The notes below the pieces were generated by a model. It was given only the letters and a program-made list of their open reading frames with translations, did no database searches and was not told the DNA's origin. A stretch of DNA of 64,000 nt, from NCBI RefSeq assembly GCF_037042905.1, contig NC_087252.1, positions 24,678,001-24,742,000 on the forward strand, written 5' to 3'. Source of the stretch: Lytechinus pictus (taxonomy: Eukaryota). Shown here piece after piece: positions 1 through 12,374 of the stretch; within the stretch, counting starts at the first letter, position 1; each line of letters opens with the position of its first letter. The translations under genes and the position numbers were made by a program.

Positions 1-738
1 AAGGTCATTTAGGGTCAATGAACTTAGACCATGTTGGAGGAATCAACATCAAAATCTTAACCTAAGGTTAAGTTTTTGAAATGTCATCATAACTTAGAAA
101 ATATATGGACCTAGTTCATGAAACTTATACATAAGGTTAATCAAGTATCACTGAACATCCTGCATGAGTTTCACGTCACATGACCAAGGTCAAAGGTCAT
201 TTAGGGTCAATGAACTTTGGCCGAATTGGGGGTATCTGTTGAATTACCATCATAACTTTGAAAGTTTATGGATCTGATTCATGAAACTTGGACATAATAG
301 TAATCAAGTATTACTGAACATCCTGTGTAAGTTTCAGGTCACATGATCAAGGTCAAAGGTCATTTAGGGTCAATGAACTTTGGCCAAATTGGGGTATTTG
401 TTGAATTACAGCCATAAATTTGAAAGTGTGTTGGTCTAGTTCATAAAACTTGGACATAATAGTAATCAAGTATCACTGAACATCCTGTGCGAGTTTCAGG
501 TCACATGATCAAGGTCAAAGGTCATGTAAGGTCAAAGAACTTTTGCCACGTTGGGGGTATTTGTTGAATTGCCATCATATCTCTATAAGTGTATTGGTCT
601 AGTTCATAAAACGTGGAAATAAGAGTAACCAAGTATCACTGAACATCTTGTGCGAGTTATAGTAGTTTTCAAAATCAGCACTGCTGCTATATTGAATCGC
701 GTGATGCAGGTGAGACGGCCAGAGGCATTCCACTTGTT
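1..738 (+). mobile_element. Helentron/HINE (DINE-1/pearl-like) non-autonomous element, 3' part, with ~160-bp internal tandem repeats
   Basis: Units containing aaggtcaaaggtcat recur at ~186, 349 and 511. The element ends in atgcaggtgagac, a short gcc-aga-ggc stem and attccacttgtt, which is the reverse complement of the element end at 62570. Confidence 0.7.
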
Positions 739-837
739 AGATTTAAATCATGCTGGTGACAACTCCGCTATGCTGGGGGCAAGGTTATACGTGGGGTGGG
801 GAAAATAGAAGAAAATGTGAAAAATAATGAATTTTCA

Positions 838-913
838 AGCGTCTTTGGTTGTGCCGCATTGGAATAAAATAGTTACCATGGTAACTATTTTATATGTAAC
901 AACCAAAGACGCT
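838..913. repeat. Short fold-back element with an internal perfect 30-bp palindrome
   Basis: agcgtctttggttgt ... acaaccaaagacgct inverted ends; ataaaatagttaccatggtaactattttat (864-893) is self-complementary. Confidence 0.7.
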
Positions 914-1429
914 CAGGCTGATGCACATGTGACACTGCCAACGTCAAAACTTTGAAGGGGCGCAATTCCTCCCCAATAATTAAGCAGCGTCAGATTTCGA
1001 GGCACAGATTTGGCACTGGCTATCTGGCTCGATCTGGGCACAATTTCAATATGCTTTTCCAGGATATGACACTTTTCATTAAGTTTAGCACCCCAATCCT
1101 CTAAGGGATCTCCGATACCCAGTTTTTCAGATTTTCTTGGCAATATCACAGAATTGTTTTTGAGGAAGCAATATATGATTTTCACACTGGGGAGGGATCG
1201 TTATGCTTTTGAGTTGACCCCCCCCCCCCCCATTAACAAAGGGGCCGGGGGGGGGGTTCTCACTGAAAATAATCAACTATATATAGAAAATTTAAAAAAA
1301 ATTGAGGCCCGGGAAAAAGGACAAGAAATCGAATAAGAATACCACCAAATAATAATTATCATTATGACCCGGCTAAAGCCAGGGTAACAGCGCTTAGAAA
1401 CCGTAAGCGTTATATTAATGGTTCATATT

Positions 1430-1652
<223 letters not shown>

Positions 1653-1926
1653 ATACTTCTACTGTCAGTGACTGTACTAAAATTGCTAGTGATGTAGATA
1701 GTGGAAAATCCGAGTTTTGAAGCTGACACAGTATTAAAGTTCTATCACAATATTATATGTTGTATAAAGAACCATGTATTAAGGTTTTTCACACCATCAA
1801 GAACATCATAGCCATATAGCTGCATGGGGTATAGTTAGAAAACGGTTCTAAAACTCCTGTCTACTTCTTTAAAGAACCTTAAACGGTTCAAAGAACAAAA
1901 CCGGCCCTTTTATTAGGGTTTATAAT

Positions 1927-3291
1927 CGGGCGGGGGGGGGGGGGGGCAGTCCGATATTGCTGTATACATGCGTGGCCTTAAGGACGTTCCACAGTTATAT
2001 TTGTGCACATTATGATCTGCGCATAGTTTACACTCTGCGCGCTGACGTCACAATGGATGAACAGGTATTAATTAGCTGCGGGTATGAGCTGATTTTTCTC
2101 ATCTTCTGCACTTTAACTGCAGATCCGATGCGTTATTTCATGAAGCTAAAAAATTGAATTATTCCATGGACCATTCAAAAAAATATTCTCTACAATTTCA
2201 AAATACTTTACTCTGCAGTGCTGCCAAGAATCACGAATATTAGCCCGAGTTTGAATAAATGGTAGAGTGGTTTTGATTTTTTCTTCACATAGATACTAAG
2301 CATTCGGCCCATTTTTGGTGTTTTAAAAAGCACATTTGCTGTAATAAAAATGCTGATAGTTTAAAAACAAGCACATGAACCCTTATTTTTTAATGTTTGT
2401 ACCTCTTAGGTATACCTTCCTCTACAACTCTGCAAATTTTGGTGAAAATGACATGGATTTTGAATAAAGTGCAGCATTTATTGTACGTTTGTAGTTTGTT
2501 ACTGAAATTTTACATTTTTCAGATTGGGATTTTGTTATCTTTTACGCCATTTTTAAGAACTGACAGTGCTGTTAAACTTAAAATTGCAAACAAATAGCAC
2601 TATTAATAGATTCTCCATTATAATGATACAATTATTAACTCTCTTGCGAAATTTGATGACTTTTTCATGTATTTTGAATGAGTAATGGAGGTTTAAACTC
2701 ATTGTAGTAAACTTGGGCGGTCTAAAAATGCCAAATTCTTTTGAATGCGCAATTCTTAAGAACATCAATTTGGGTGAACTTTGAAGCTCTATAGCAAAAA
2801 ATCAAGCACATGGACCTATGTTAATTTTTGCATATTTCGAATATTAAGGTTCTAAAGTATCTATGTGCAAAGTTTGGTAAAAATGACATGGATTTCACTT
2901 TAACTGTGGAACGTCCTTAAACGCGTTTAAAAGGGGTATTTTAAATTTGTTTCAGTTTTGGACGCGGGCGCGCATGCAAGGTATGAAAATCAAAAAAAAT
3001 TTAAAAGGTGGTTTTGAAAGACTGAATGGTCAATGGTCAATTGCGGGGTCAAATAACGTGTTTAGGATATGTTTTTCCCCAAGCTTTTTCCCCGGGGCTT
3101 TTTCCTCCTCGTTTCTAAAAAGTGTTCGGGCCCAAGACAAATCTTGTTTATGGGTCGTATTCTGGCGACAATTTGTTTAGGGGCCAAAATGTGTAAAGCC
3201 CGCTAAAAATTTGTTTAGGGGTGTTTGGAAATAATTTGGTCACGCATGTACAGCAATACATTTGACTGCCTCCCGCACCCCCCCCCCCGGG
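1927..3291. mobile_element. MITE with poly-G/poly-C-edged TIRs (outer element)
   Basis: gggggcagtc..tattgctgtatacatgcgtgg at the left end mirrors tcacgcatgtacagcaata..gactgcctccc at the right end. Confidence 0.6.
1982..2916. mobile_element. TTAA-target MITE (Kolobok-like) nested in the previous element
   Basis: 16-bp TIR ggacgttccacagtta / taactgtggaacgtcc, flanked by TTAA at 1978-1981 and 2917-2920. Confidence 0.75.
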
Positions 3292-3730
3292 TTTACAATG
3301 CATAAAATCGTCTTGATTATAGGCATACTGAAAAGATAAAGTCAGGACTACGTATCATAGGATAGGAAACATATAGGCACTCTTTACGTAGGCCTACAAT
3401 TAAGTTGAATAAAATTTGAAAGTCGTCTTTTAGTTAGGTAACTACAGTCCAAAAGTTTGATTTTAATTCTCTGAGCCCTATTACCATAGTAATTGCCATC
3501 CGATGGAAAAGTATATATAGTTGGCTTTCAGATGAAAAGGGCCCCCATAACAACAGTTCAGGTTGCGGTGCCGTAAGAGCTAGAGAAAGAAAAATAAAGG
3601 CATTATATTACTTGCCAGTCTTATACCAATTAAACCCCTGGCGCGGTGATTTAGCTAGCCTATATAGTTTGGTTCGGTTTCTGGATGGATGCCTGAAAAG
3701 ATAATTAATCAGAAATGGGCGGGAAATTTA

Positions 3731-3768
<38 letters not shown>

Positions 3769-3889
3769 TCAGATTAGATTTTAGTTTAAAAAAAAAGATG
3801 GGTGCATGTATGGCGCCAATGAGAGTTGGAATAGATCATTTCAGCACTATATAAGAAATTTGTAGGCCTAATCACGGGAGTGGTAACTC

Positions 3890-5787
3890 AATTCAATTCA
3901 ATTCAATTTTATTTTCCACATATTGAGTAAAAACATGCAATATAATTACAATTGAATACATACATAGATAATAAACAATACAAATATAAAAAGTTACAAT
4001 ATATTACATAAAAAAGACATAGAATAATCAAAATGTGGAGGGGATTGACAAAGGCCATATTGATCTATCAAGGTCAATCCCCAATGAAAGAAATAAATGG
4101 AATACACAAATTACATATGGATAAAAAAAGAAAAAAGATACTAGACCTCAAAACCCCAGACAAAGCAAGAGAAAGTAAAATACGAATAAAGGGGGAGAGG
4201 CAAATATAAAACTACATTAAGGAGTAAGAAGGTAAAATTTATATTTCCGTTTGAAAGACAGGAGTGTGGGGGAATGTTTGAGTTCATTTGATAAAGAATT
4301 CCAAAGTTTGGGTCCGACATATTGAATAGTGTTTCGTGAAAATGTGTATTTGAAATTTGGAATAAAGAGATCATTCGCTTGTCTGGTTAGACGACCAGTA
4401 AGTGATTTATTTTGTACAAAACATATTTATTAAGAAAGTTTGGCAAGAGATTATTGTAATAAGAATACATAAATATAGCAGTTTGTTTATTATTACCCAC
4501 TGGGCAATTTGTTACCGATTACCAATTTTACCGGTTATTACCGGTAATATCACCCGGAAATTTGAGTAACACCAAATATTACCGTTATTACCATGTTATT
4601 ACCGAAATTATAATTCCTGTTGATACCTGTTACTGTTATCACCCTGATGAAACCTACATTTACCTAGTTACAACAGGGTGATGAGGGGTAATAAGGGTAA
4701 TGTTGAATGACTTTGATTGGTTATAACATTGCAAACTTTAGTAATAAGAGCAATCTTACAGCAATCCCAGCGAAATTTTCAAAGTCCAAAAAATTACTGT
4801 TATCACCCTGATGAAACCAACATTTTACCCAGTTACAAACAGGTTGATAAGGGGTAATGGGTAATGTTGAAACGCTTCCATTCCCAGACAGCAAAGTATC
4901 TGGATCACATACGGTTCTTATCTGGGATATCTGGGTCCCATATGGGCCCACATGGAACCCAGATGAAAACATATACTTGAACCCACATGGTGCCCAGATA
5001 GGACTCAGATGGAAACGAGACCTCCAACCCATGCGGAACCCATTAATATTGGGTAAATGGAGTAATATCAGATGGTACTATCAGGAAAATGCTGGGAATA
5101 TTAGTTACTCATGAATATTCATTACTACAATAAATGGCCAAAATTTTAGCTAATATAGCTGTAATAATTAATGTGTTTATGTTTATGCAATGATTCCACC
5201 CAGAAAATTTTCAGAAAAATGTGTAGTTTATATATCATATTAGTCATAATCATGACATTAATTTTAGAAAAATGTTTTAGGGTTGAATAATTGTTAACCA
5301 TAATTTGTCAAGTGTTGTATACTCGCTCAATATATAGAAGTAAATGACAGGGTTTGGTGGATAGGTGTAGGATAGGATTAGGATTAGGATGTAGGATTTT
5401 AGGATAGGATAAGATGATATGGCTTAGAGTATGGAGTTGTAAAAATGTGCTTCAATGACCCTAATGACACTAATTGTTTTTTTAATGAGCCGACATTAAT
5501 TGGGTAATATTGGGTAAACAGAGTAATATCGGGCGGTATAAATATCATGAAAATAACTGGAAATATCGGTTACATCATACTGGGTAATATTGGGTAAATG
5601 GAGTAATATCGGGTCCGGGTAATAATGGGGAAAGATTGGTCTACTATTTCCCCGTTACTACCCACTGGTGTTACCGTGGTAATAACTACGTTATTACCTG
5701 TTACAACCCGGGTAATATCGGGTAAAATGGCCCAGTGGGTAATTTGATCTATAGTGAGTATTTTATATTTGGCAAAAAATGGTGCTG
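3890..5787 (-). mobile_element. 5'-truncated LINE (L2/Crack/CR1-type) ORF2 C-terminus plus 3' tail, interrupted by a DNA element
   Basis: The minus strand reads APFFAKYKILTIDQI / NNKQTAIFMYSYYNNLLP...TRQANDLFIPNFKYTFSRNTIQYVGPKLWNSLSNELKHSPTLLSFKRKYK and ends in a (TTGAA)n tail near 3890. Confidence 0.75.
4496..5739. mobile_element. Non-autonomous TIR DNA element with TA TSD and many ttacc/ggtaa subterminal repeats
   Basis: cccactggg...cccagtggg termini flanked by TA. Removing the element restores the LINE reading frame. Confidence 0.7.
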
Positions 5788-6349
5788 TATATATGTGTAT
5801 ATGTATATATGTATATCCTTGATATAATACAGTCGACCGGCTATATAGAATAGGCCTGGCAATAGTGAACTAGCTAGGCTTTTGTCAGTCAGAAAGAGTC
5901 TGGATTTTGTAATTGCCAAAGACCCCGGCCAAAGAAAATTCATGTTGCTGATGAAGTCATATCCCCAATAAGCTATTTTAATCCACCAAGCTGCACTGGA
6001 AGGTACTATTAGGCCTAATGACAATCCGCCCTAAAAGTAATGTTTTATTCATGGTTTTACCAAGGAGTTTTTACCCATGGAGGTTTGATGTAGGTATCTG
6101 GGCCTCAGTCTGATCTACCAGAGTGTCTGCGCCTCCCCAACGAAACCCTCGGCCCAGATCCATTCGAATAATATATATGCAAAGTTCACCGGGGAAGTGT
6201 GCGTTGCACACAGACGATAAGTAAGGTACCGGTATGTGTATTGGATATTCTAGCCATGCAATGCTGAAGGTTATCCACCTCAACGTGCATGCATCATCAC
6301 CGACTGAAAATAGGAAGGACAAAGCCCAGTGCAGCTCAAGACGAGAATA

Positions 6350-6399
6350 GCGCATGCGCATTTCATTCAAGACTCATCGCTTGCTGGCCAATGATTGGC
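6350..6399 (+). promoter_or_regulatory. Putative promoter of gene A: NRF1/P3A2-type GCGCATGCGC site and back-to-back CCAAT/ATTGG boxes
   Basis: gcgcatgcgc at 6350-6359 and gccaatgattggc at 6387-6399, in a locally CpG-rich patch just upstream of a strong splice donor. Confidence 0.55.
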
Positions 6400-6439
6400 T
6401 GGACACGCTGCATTGCATTGCATACACGGCCGTACCATC

Positions 6440-6598
6440 GAGAAGGGGAGGATTTGTACGCTATCCGAAATGGACGATTCATTTTTGTACTGATATTTTC
6501 GGATTTTACAAGTGACTTCAATATCCCGGAATTGGATCGTTGGCATGGCCATGTTCTTTCCCCGATGCCGTGATGCAAAGTAATTTTTCGTATCGCCG
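6440..6598 (+). other. Putative non-coding first exon of gene A (start approximate)
   Basis: CG|GTGAGT consensus donor at 6599, downstream of the promoter motifs. Confidence 0.5.
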
Positions 6599-7530
6599 GT
6601 GAGTATTCAAAATTAATTGGATATTTTTGGGTGTTAGCCATGTGGGATCCGATTCGTCGGCTATTTTTGTACGCAGTATGTATGCGAATGCGAGCTGCTA
6701 TATGCGTGTTGTACTTGTAGTTGTACGTGTACTATTGCAATGCCATGTTTAGTTTTTGTGCAGCAGTTGTGTGTGTATTGAAGTGGCCGTGGCATTGTGT
6801 GGGCTCGGCCATTTGCGTGTGTCATATGGATTGCTCTTTCTAATGACAAATGTCATTGTTCAGCTCGGTGTCGTCAGTGCAAAGCAGTGCCAGTGAGCTG
6901 TGCCTGCATGGATGCATGTGGTGTGGTGCCAGATCATATTAATGAAGAGTGAACTGAGTGGAAGGGAGCTGGAGGTGCATGTGAAACGTGTTGTGGAATT
7001 AATTGCAATATTGTTTGTGATCAGTTGTTAATTGCCGTGACTCAATGTTAGCATCCAAATTATTTTTTTTTTACTGGTATCAGGCCACATTGTTCATTTT
7101 CAGAATATAGGCCTATATTAAAAAAAAAACCTTTGGGCCTTTCTTGATCTTGAAATATTTGCCTGGCCTTGCCCTTGCTTTGCACATATGGAGTCATAGG
7201 GGACACTAGATTTTTAGGGGAAAAAATGAAAAGGGAAAAAGTATTTTAAAATGAAGAAAATAAATGGAAGAAAATAAACAGAACAGGGATAATTCAAGTA
7301 AGCCTATTTAAAGTCAATAAACAAACGAAAGTCAAAGAAGAGTCATAGAAACTAAAATTCCCCTGCAATTTAATCAAGAAAAAAAAACGTGCCCCACCCC
7401 ATCAAAATGTCACTCTATCCAATATCCATCCCCTGGCCTAGTGCATTTGCCCCTCACGATTTGATGCCATGATGGGTCTGCAGATGCAGATAGCCAGTAT
7501 GTCAGAATCTATTGGCCTATATCGGCTGCC

Positions 7531-7727
7531 CAGGGGCTGTTGTTTCATAAAGCTACATGTATTAAGTTAAGGGTGACTTATGAGCTGACTGGTGATCCTT
7601 TCTTGTGGTAAATGATATTCACCATTTAATGTTCATCGGTGATTATAGCACGAACAGTAGGTTCACCAGTCGTTCTTAAAGTCACGCTCCTAACTTCCAA
7701 ACAGCTAAATCATGAAATACCCACCAG
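7531..7727. mobile_element. Palindromic ~170-190-bp MITE family (other copies at ~17971-18132 and ~25707-25892)
   Basis: gtttcataaagct ... atgaaa(c/t)acccacc inverted ends and a shared internal gactggtgatcctttcttg sequence. Confidence 0.6.
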
Positions 7728-8600
7728 ATCACAGTCCAAACCAATGATGGAGGAGATGTAAAGCTCTACTGCCATAAATTTGAGGGAGAGGGGCTTAAAG
7801 AAAATTCATAAATTTCTTCCTTAAGAATGTTTTGGGAAAATACCCTTTTTTTTGGGGGGGGGGCCCGGGGGGGGGGGGGGGTGGTTCTTATGGCTCAAAA
7901 GTAAAAATGGGGAAACCTTCCATAGTGCCTTTTCACAAGGCAATTCCAGCATGGATTTGAATAAAAAAATACATCTACACTCTAGGTTGGGCTCAGGGTG
8001 ATTTCACCCCCAAATTCATGCAAGAGCCTTGAAAAATAAAATAAGGTGCCCCGGTAGTCCCCTTTCACTGCAAACTATTAAATGTTACAGACTTAAGATA
8101 TGTATTATTTAGCCTTCTTTTTAGGCAATAAGCCTATAGGCCTTCTTCAGGTATATGTTATGAAATGTAGCCCCCCCCCCCAAAAAAAAAGAAATCCTGA
8201 TTCCCAAATGCATACAGGTACATGTATAATGCAGTTCCCAGAGGACCATTCTGAAGTTGAATAGAATGTTACACAGTGAGAGAAAAAGTTCGTAAAAAAA
8301 ACAGGGGGGGGGGGGCTTGCAGGGGCAAAAAGGGGACTCCTGCTAAGCAATGTTCTGGAGCCAGGGTGGTGGCAAAGCCCATTTTGCTTCCTTGTTCATT
8401 GTTGTTCATGTTGGGTGAGACAGGGTGACATATTAGGATGTGTCACAGCATCAGGGGGGGGGGGGCAGTTGGTAATCTTAGGGAGTAAAAAAGAAGGGGG
8501 GGGGGAGAAAGAGGGCCACAGAACGGTTTGGGGCTGACTGCTGATCGAGTCAGGTGACCATACGAAAAAAATCACAATCAGTTGAGGGCATTTGTACGTT

Positions 8601-9545
8601 TTTTATACACCCGTCCTAGACAGGGCGTGTGGTATCACGCTCGGTGTCCGTCCGTTGACTTTTCCTTGTATTTTTGCGATAACTTCAGTTTGACTTAACC
8701 TACATGTAGGCTCACATAATTTGGTTTGTATGATACTAGCATAGATCCCAGGAAGCCTATTGATTTTTAAGTCCAAAGGTCAAGGTCACAGTGACATGTT
8801 TTCATCTTAGACTTCCGCAGTCTTTGTAAACATGGTAACTTCAGTTTAACTTAACCTACATGTAGGCTCAATATAATTTGGTGTGTATGATATAGCATGG
8901 ATCCCAGGAAGCCTATTGATTTTGAGGTCAAAAGATCAAAGGTCAAGGTCACAATGACATGCTTTTATTTTACCCTTCTGAAGTCCTTGTAAACGCGATA
9001 ACTTTAGTTGAACTTATCCTAGGCTCATATAATTTGAGGTGTTTGATAGTTTACTAGCATGGATCCCAGGAAGCCTATCAATTTTTGTCCAAAGGTCAAG
9101 GTCACAGTGATGTGTTTTCATATTACCCTTCTGAATTCCGATAACATTAGTTGAACTTATCCTAGGCTCATAATTTGAGGTGTATGATATTACATGTACA
9201 TGTAGCATGGATCCCAGGAAGCATATCGATTTTGAGGTCAAAAGGTCAAGGTCACAGTGACTTGTTATCATCTTCTGAAGTCATTGTAAACGCAATAACT
9301 GTAGTTTAACTTTATCTATGCTCATATAATTTGGTAGTATTCATACTAGCATGGATCCCAGGAAGCCTATTGATTTTGAGGTCAAAAAGTCAAAGGTCAA
9401 TGTTAGAGTGACTTCATCTTACCCTTCTGAAGTTCTTGTAAAAGTTCTAACTTCAGTTAAACATAATTTGGTGTGTATGATACCATCATGGATCCCAGGA
9501 ATCCTACAGCTTTTGAGTTCAAAAGGTCAAAGGTCAAGGTCAAAA
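8601..9545 (+). mobile_element. HINE/DINE-1-like element, 5' part, with six ~150-bp tandem units
   Basis: T-run start, short inverted repeat, gtccgtccgt microsatellite, then units with atggatcccaggaagcctattgattttgaggtcaaa at ~8744, 8901, 9061, 9209, 9352 and 9490. Confidence 0.65.
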
Positions 9546-9577
9546 TGACATAGTAGGGGGGACATTTGATATTCTGC

Positions 9578-9650
9578 CCCCTCGGGATTTCCGCCCATGT
9601 TCCTTCAGATTGAAAGACGAGAGTCATAACCACTAGACCACGAGGCCCCC
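9578..9650 (-). mobile_element. tRNA-Glu(TTC)-like SINE head or tRNA pseudogene
   Basis: Minus strand GGGGGCCTCGTGGTCTAGTGGTTATGACTCTCGTCTTTCAATCTG has an A-box and a TTC anticodon-like loop; the B-box is degenerate. Confidence 0.55.
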
Positions 9651-9957
9651 ACATTTATAGTAAAGGGCAATTCCAAGCAAAAGTGGAAATTTTCCAAAAA
9701 AATATATTGGCTCTATTTCAAATCTGGACCAATTTTTCTATCAAAACTCATATGGAATTTCATATAAAAGGGGAACATAATTAGCCACAATTTTTTTTCT
9801 TACGCATCTCCTTATAGAAGAATCCAAACCATACAAGAAATTCTATACATGGGACTACATATATTGTTTTTTACTTAATTTCAATTTAACAGAAAACTAT
9901 TGCTTGTTTTGTAAAATTTTCTTTTGGATAATTAGCAAGGGAAGGGTAACCGTTAGG

Positions 9958-12083
9958 CAGGGCTCCACACTAACCCTTTTTTTCTACTGGTCCAACCTAT
10001 TCATGTCGGACCAGTAGATACCCAGTTTTTCCATTTTTTACTGGTCCGAACCTAAAATCTACTGGTCCCCAAAATAAAGAAAACATTAAAAAAAGGCGTG
10101 AGTTTATTTTGCTGTCCTTTCTTGTTACCCCCCCCCCCAAAAAAAATGAAGGAATGAATGAAAGACAAAAAGAAAGCAAGACAAAAAGAAACAAAGGAAG
10201 AAATAATAAAAGAAAGGAAGGAAGAACAAATAAAAGGTAAAGAAAGGATAGATGTGAAGGAAGGAAAAAGAAAGAAAGAAAAAAAGAACAAAAGAAAAAA
10301 AGGAAAGAAAGAAAAAACAAAAGACAGAAAGTAATGAAAAAAGGAAAGAAGCAATAAAATAAGAAAGAAAGGGTATAAGGAAAGATGGAAAGAAGGAAAA
10401 AAGATAGAAAGAAAGAAAGAAAGAAAGGAAGAAAAAGGGTAAAGAAAGGATAAATGTGAAGGAAGGAAAAAAAGAAAGAACTGAAGAGGGAAAGGAAGGA
10501 AGGAAAGAAAGAACAAAAATAAGAAAGAAAGAACAAAAGAAAAAGAAGAAATAAAGGAATGAAGGAAAAAAAGAAAGAAGGAAAGAAATGAAGCAAGCAA
10601 TATAGAAAGAAAGAACAAAAGACAGAAAGAAGGAAAGAAGCAATAAAAAAAGAAAGAAAGGGTAAAAGGAGAGATGGAAAGAAGGAAAAAAGAAAGAAAG
10701 TATTGAAAGAAGGAAGAAATAAAGAAAGGTAAAATGATAGATAGAAGGAAAGAAGGAAGGAAGCAAGCAAGCAATAGAAAAAAGAAAGAAAATGTAAAAT
10801 AGATGAAAGTAAGAAAAAAAAGAAAGACCGAAAGACAAAGAAAGGAAGGAATGAGGGAAAAAAAGAACGAAAGAAGAAAGGAAAGGAAGCAAGCAGTAAA
10901 AAAAAAAAAAAAAAAGGTAAAAGGATAGATGGAATGAAGGGAAAAAAGAAAGAACAGAAAGGAAGGAATGAATGAAAGAAAGAGAGAAAGGGCTGAAAGA
11001 AGGAAGAAATAAAAAACAAGAAATGGTAAAGAAAGGATGGATGGAATGAAGAAAGAAACAAAGAATGAAGGAAATAAAGGGTAAAAAGAAGGAAAGGAAG
11101 AAAGAAAGAAGAGATAAATATAGGATGGATGGACTCAAGAATAAAAGAAAGAAAGAAATCAAAAAAGAAAGAGAAAAAGAAATAGAGAAAAATGTTAAAA
11201 GGACAGAAAGAATGAATGAACGAAAGACAAAGAATAATTAAAAAAGAAAGACAGTAACAAAAAAAATTAAAGAAGAGAGGGAAGAAACAAAGAAAGATTG
11301 AAAAGAAAGAAGGAAAGAAAGATAGAAAGAAAACAGAGGAAGAAAGCTAAAACTATCATAAATAAATTATCAGTTTCTTTTTGGCTCAATTAAGATATAG
11401 CTACGAAAGAAACCAAGTGTATCAACACACACACAAATGCATATGTGGGGCTATCATGTATTCAGACGATATCACTCGAAACCCGATCTCTTTGAACTAA
11501 AACAGAAGTGAAAATTTCTCCTTTTACTGCTTACAAATGACAGTTACCCCAATTTTTTGGAAATATGGACATTATAAGAGCTTTTCATTAGTGTGAAATG
11601 TGAATTTTTACCGTTCTGTGAGAGATTTCTGCCAGAGGTTTGCCAAGCTTCGCCAAGCTTCGTTCGTGCAGCCAGTAGAAAATTCACCATGTGGGCTGTG
11701 TGGCTGGCTAGCCATGTGTACACTGTATGTTACCCTAGTAAAAATTGCATGCGATTCATTCTGTGTGTATCCTGTGTGTGAATGACCAAATTTAACGGGA
11801 GGAAAATGGTTTGCAATTTGAGTCATGGAATATTTTTTATGTTTATGTTGGACTAGTGAATTTGACCATTTCTGGAAAAGTTACTGGCCCAACAATGGTT
11901 TTTATTACTGTTTATGTCGGACCCATAAATCTTGCTATTTTTGGAAAAATTACCGGCCCGACAATGATATTTTCTTACTGGTCTTGTCGGATCAGTAAAT
12001 CTTGCTATTTCTGAAAATCTACCGGCCCGACAGTGATTTTTACCGGTCTGGGACCGTCGGACCGGCGCTAGTGTCGAGCCCTG
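9958..12083. mobile_element. 2.1-kb non-autonomous TIR element (CAGGG termini) with a 7-bp TSD
   Basis: TIR cagggctc(c/g)acacta; TSD cgttagg at 9951-9957 and 12084-12090; actggtcc/accggccc subterminal repeats. Confidence 0.8.
10140..11350. repeat. Purine-rich (A/G) low-complexity tract
   Basis: Almost pure GAAA/GGAA/AAAG sequence; it produces the spurious F/L/S-rich ORFs. Confidence 0.95.
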
Positions 12084-12349
12084 CGTTAGGGTTGTCACAG
12101 AAACCCTGATCTATTCTGAAGGTGCCTTTAAAGTTCGGATACAGTCACTCCAACAAAACCGACTCCAAAATGACCAATGATATGCTACATGTATCCAAAC
12201 ATTGATTTGATCCTTCTGGAGTCTAGTAGTGACTTGACAAGCTAATTTACATTCAATGAACCTAATGGATCCCATTGTCTGATCACTGTTGCAGATGAGC
12301 TACATGTACATCGAACAACTCTTAGAAGTGCATGTGAATCTGTACAAGT

Positions 12350-12374
12350 ATGGACAGTGAGAAAGAGGACCAAG
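12350..12374 (+). CDS. Gene A (PRDM7/9-like PR/SET zinc-finger protein), first coding exon MDSEKEDQ(G); exon 12295-12374
   Basis: Acceptor ttgcag at 12294, in-frame stop upstream (12335), good Kozak context agtATGG, donor AG|GTAAGT in phase 1 matching the next exon. Confidence 0.6.

Noticed and set aside
1..738. CRISPR-like regular repeats (also 8601-9545 and 62570-63740)
   Set aside because: Whole units repeat with no unique spacers, the context is eukaryotic, and there are no cas genes.
9578..9650. Functional tRNA-Glu gene
   Set aside because: The T-loop/B-box is degenerate and the stems do not pair well; it fits a SINE head better.
9997..11162. Three long minus-strand ORFs (240-354 aa) rich in F/L/S
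   Set aside because: Artefacts of the stop-poor pyrimidine strand of a low-complexity tract; open in several frames with no domain.
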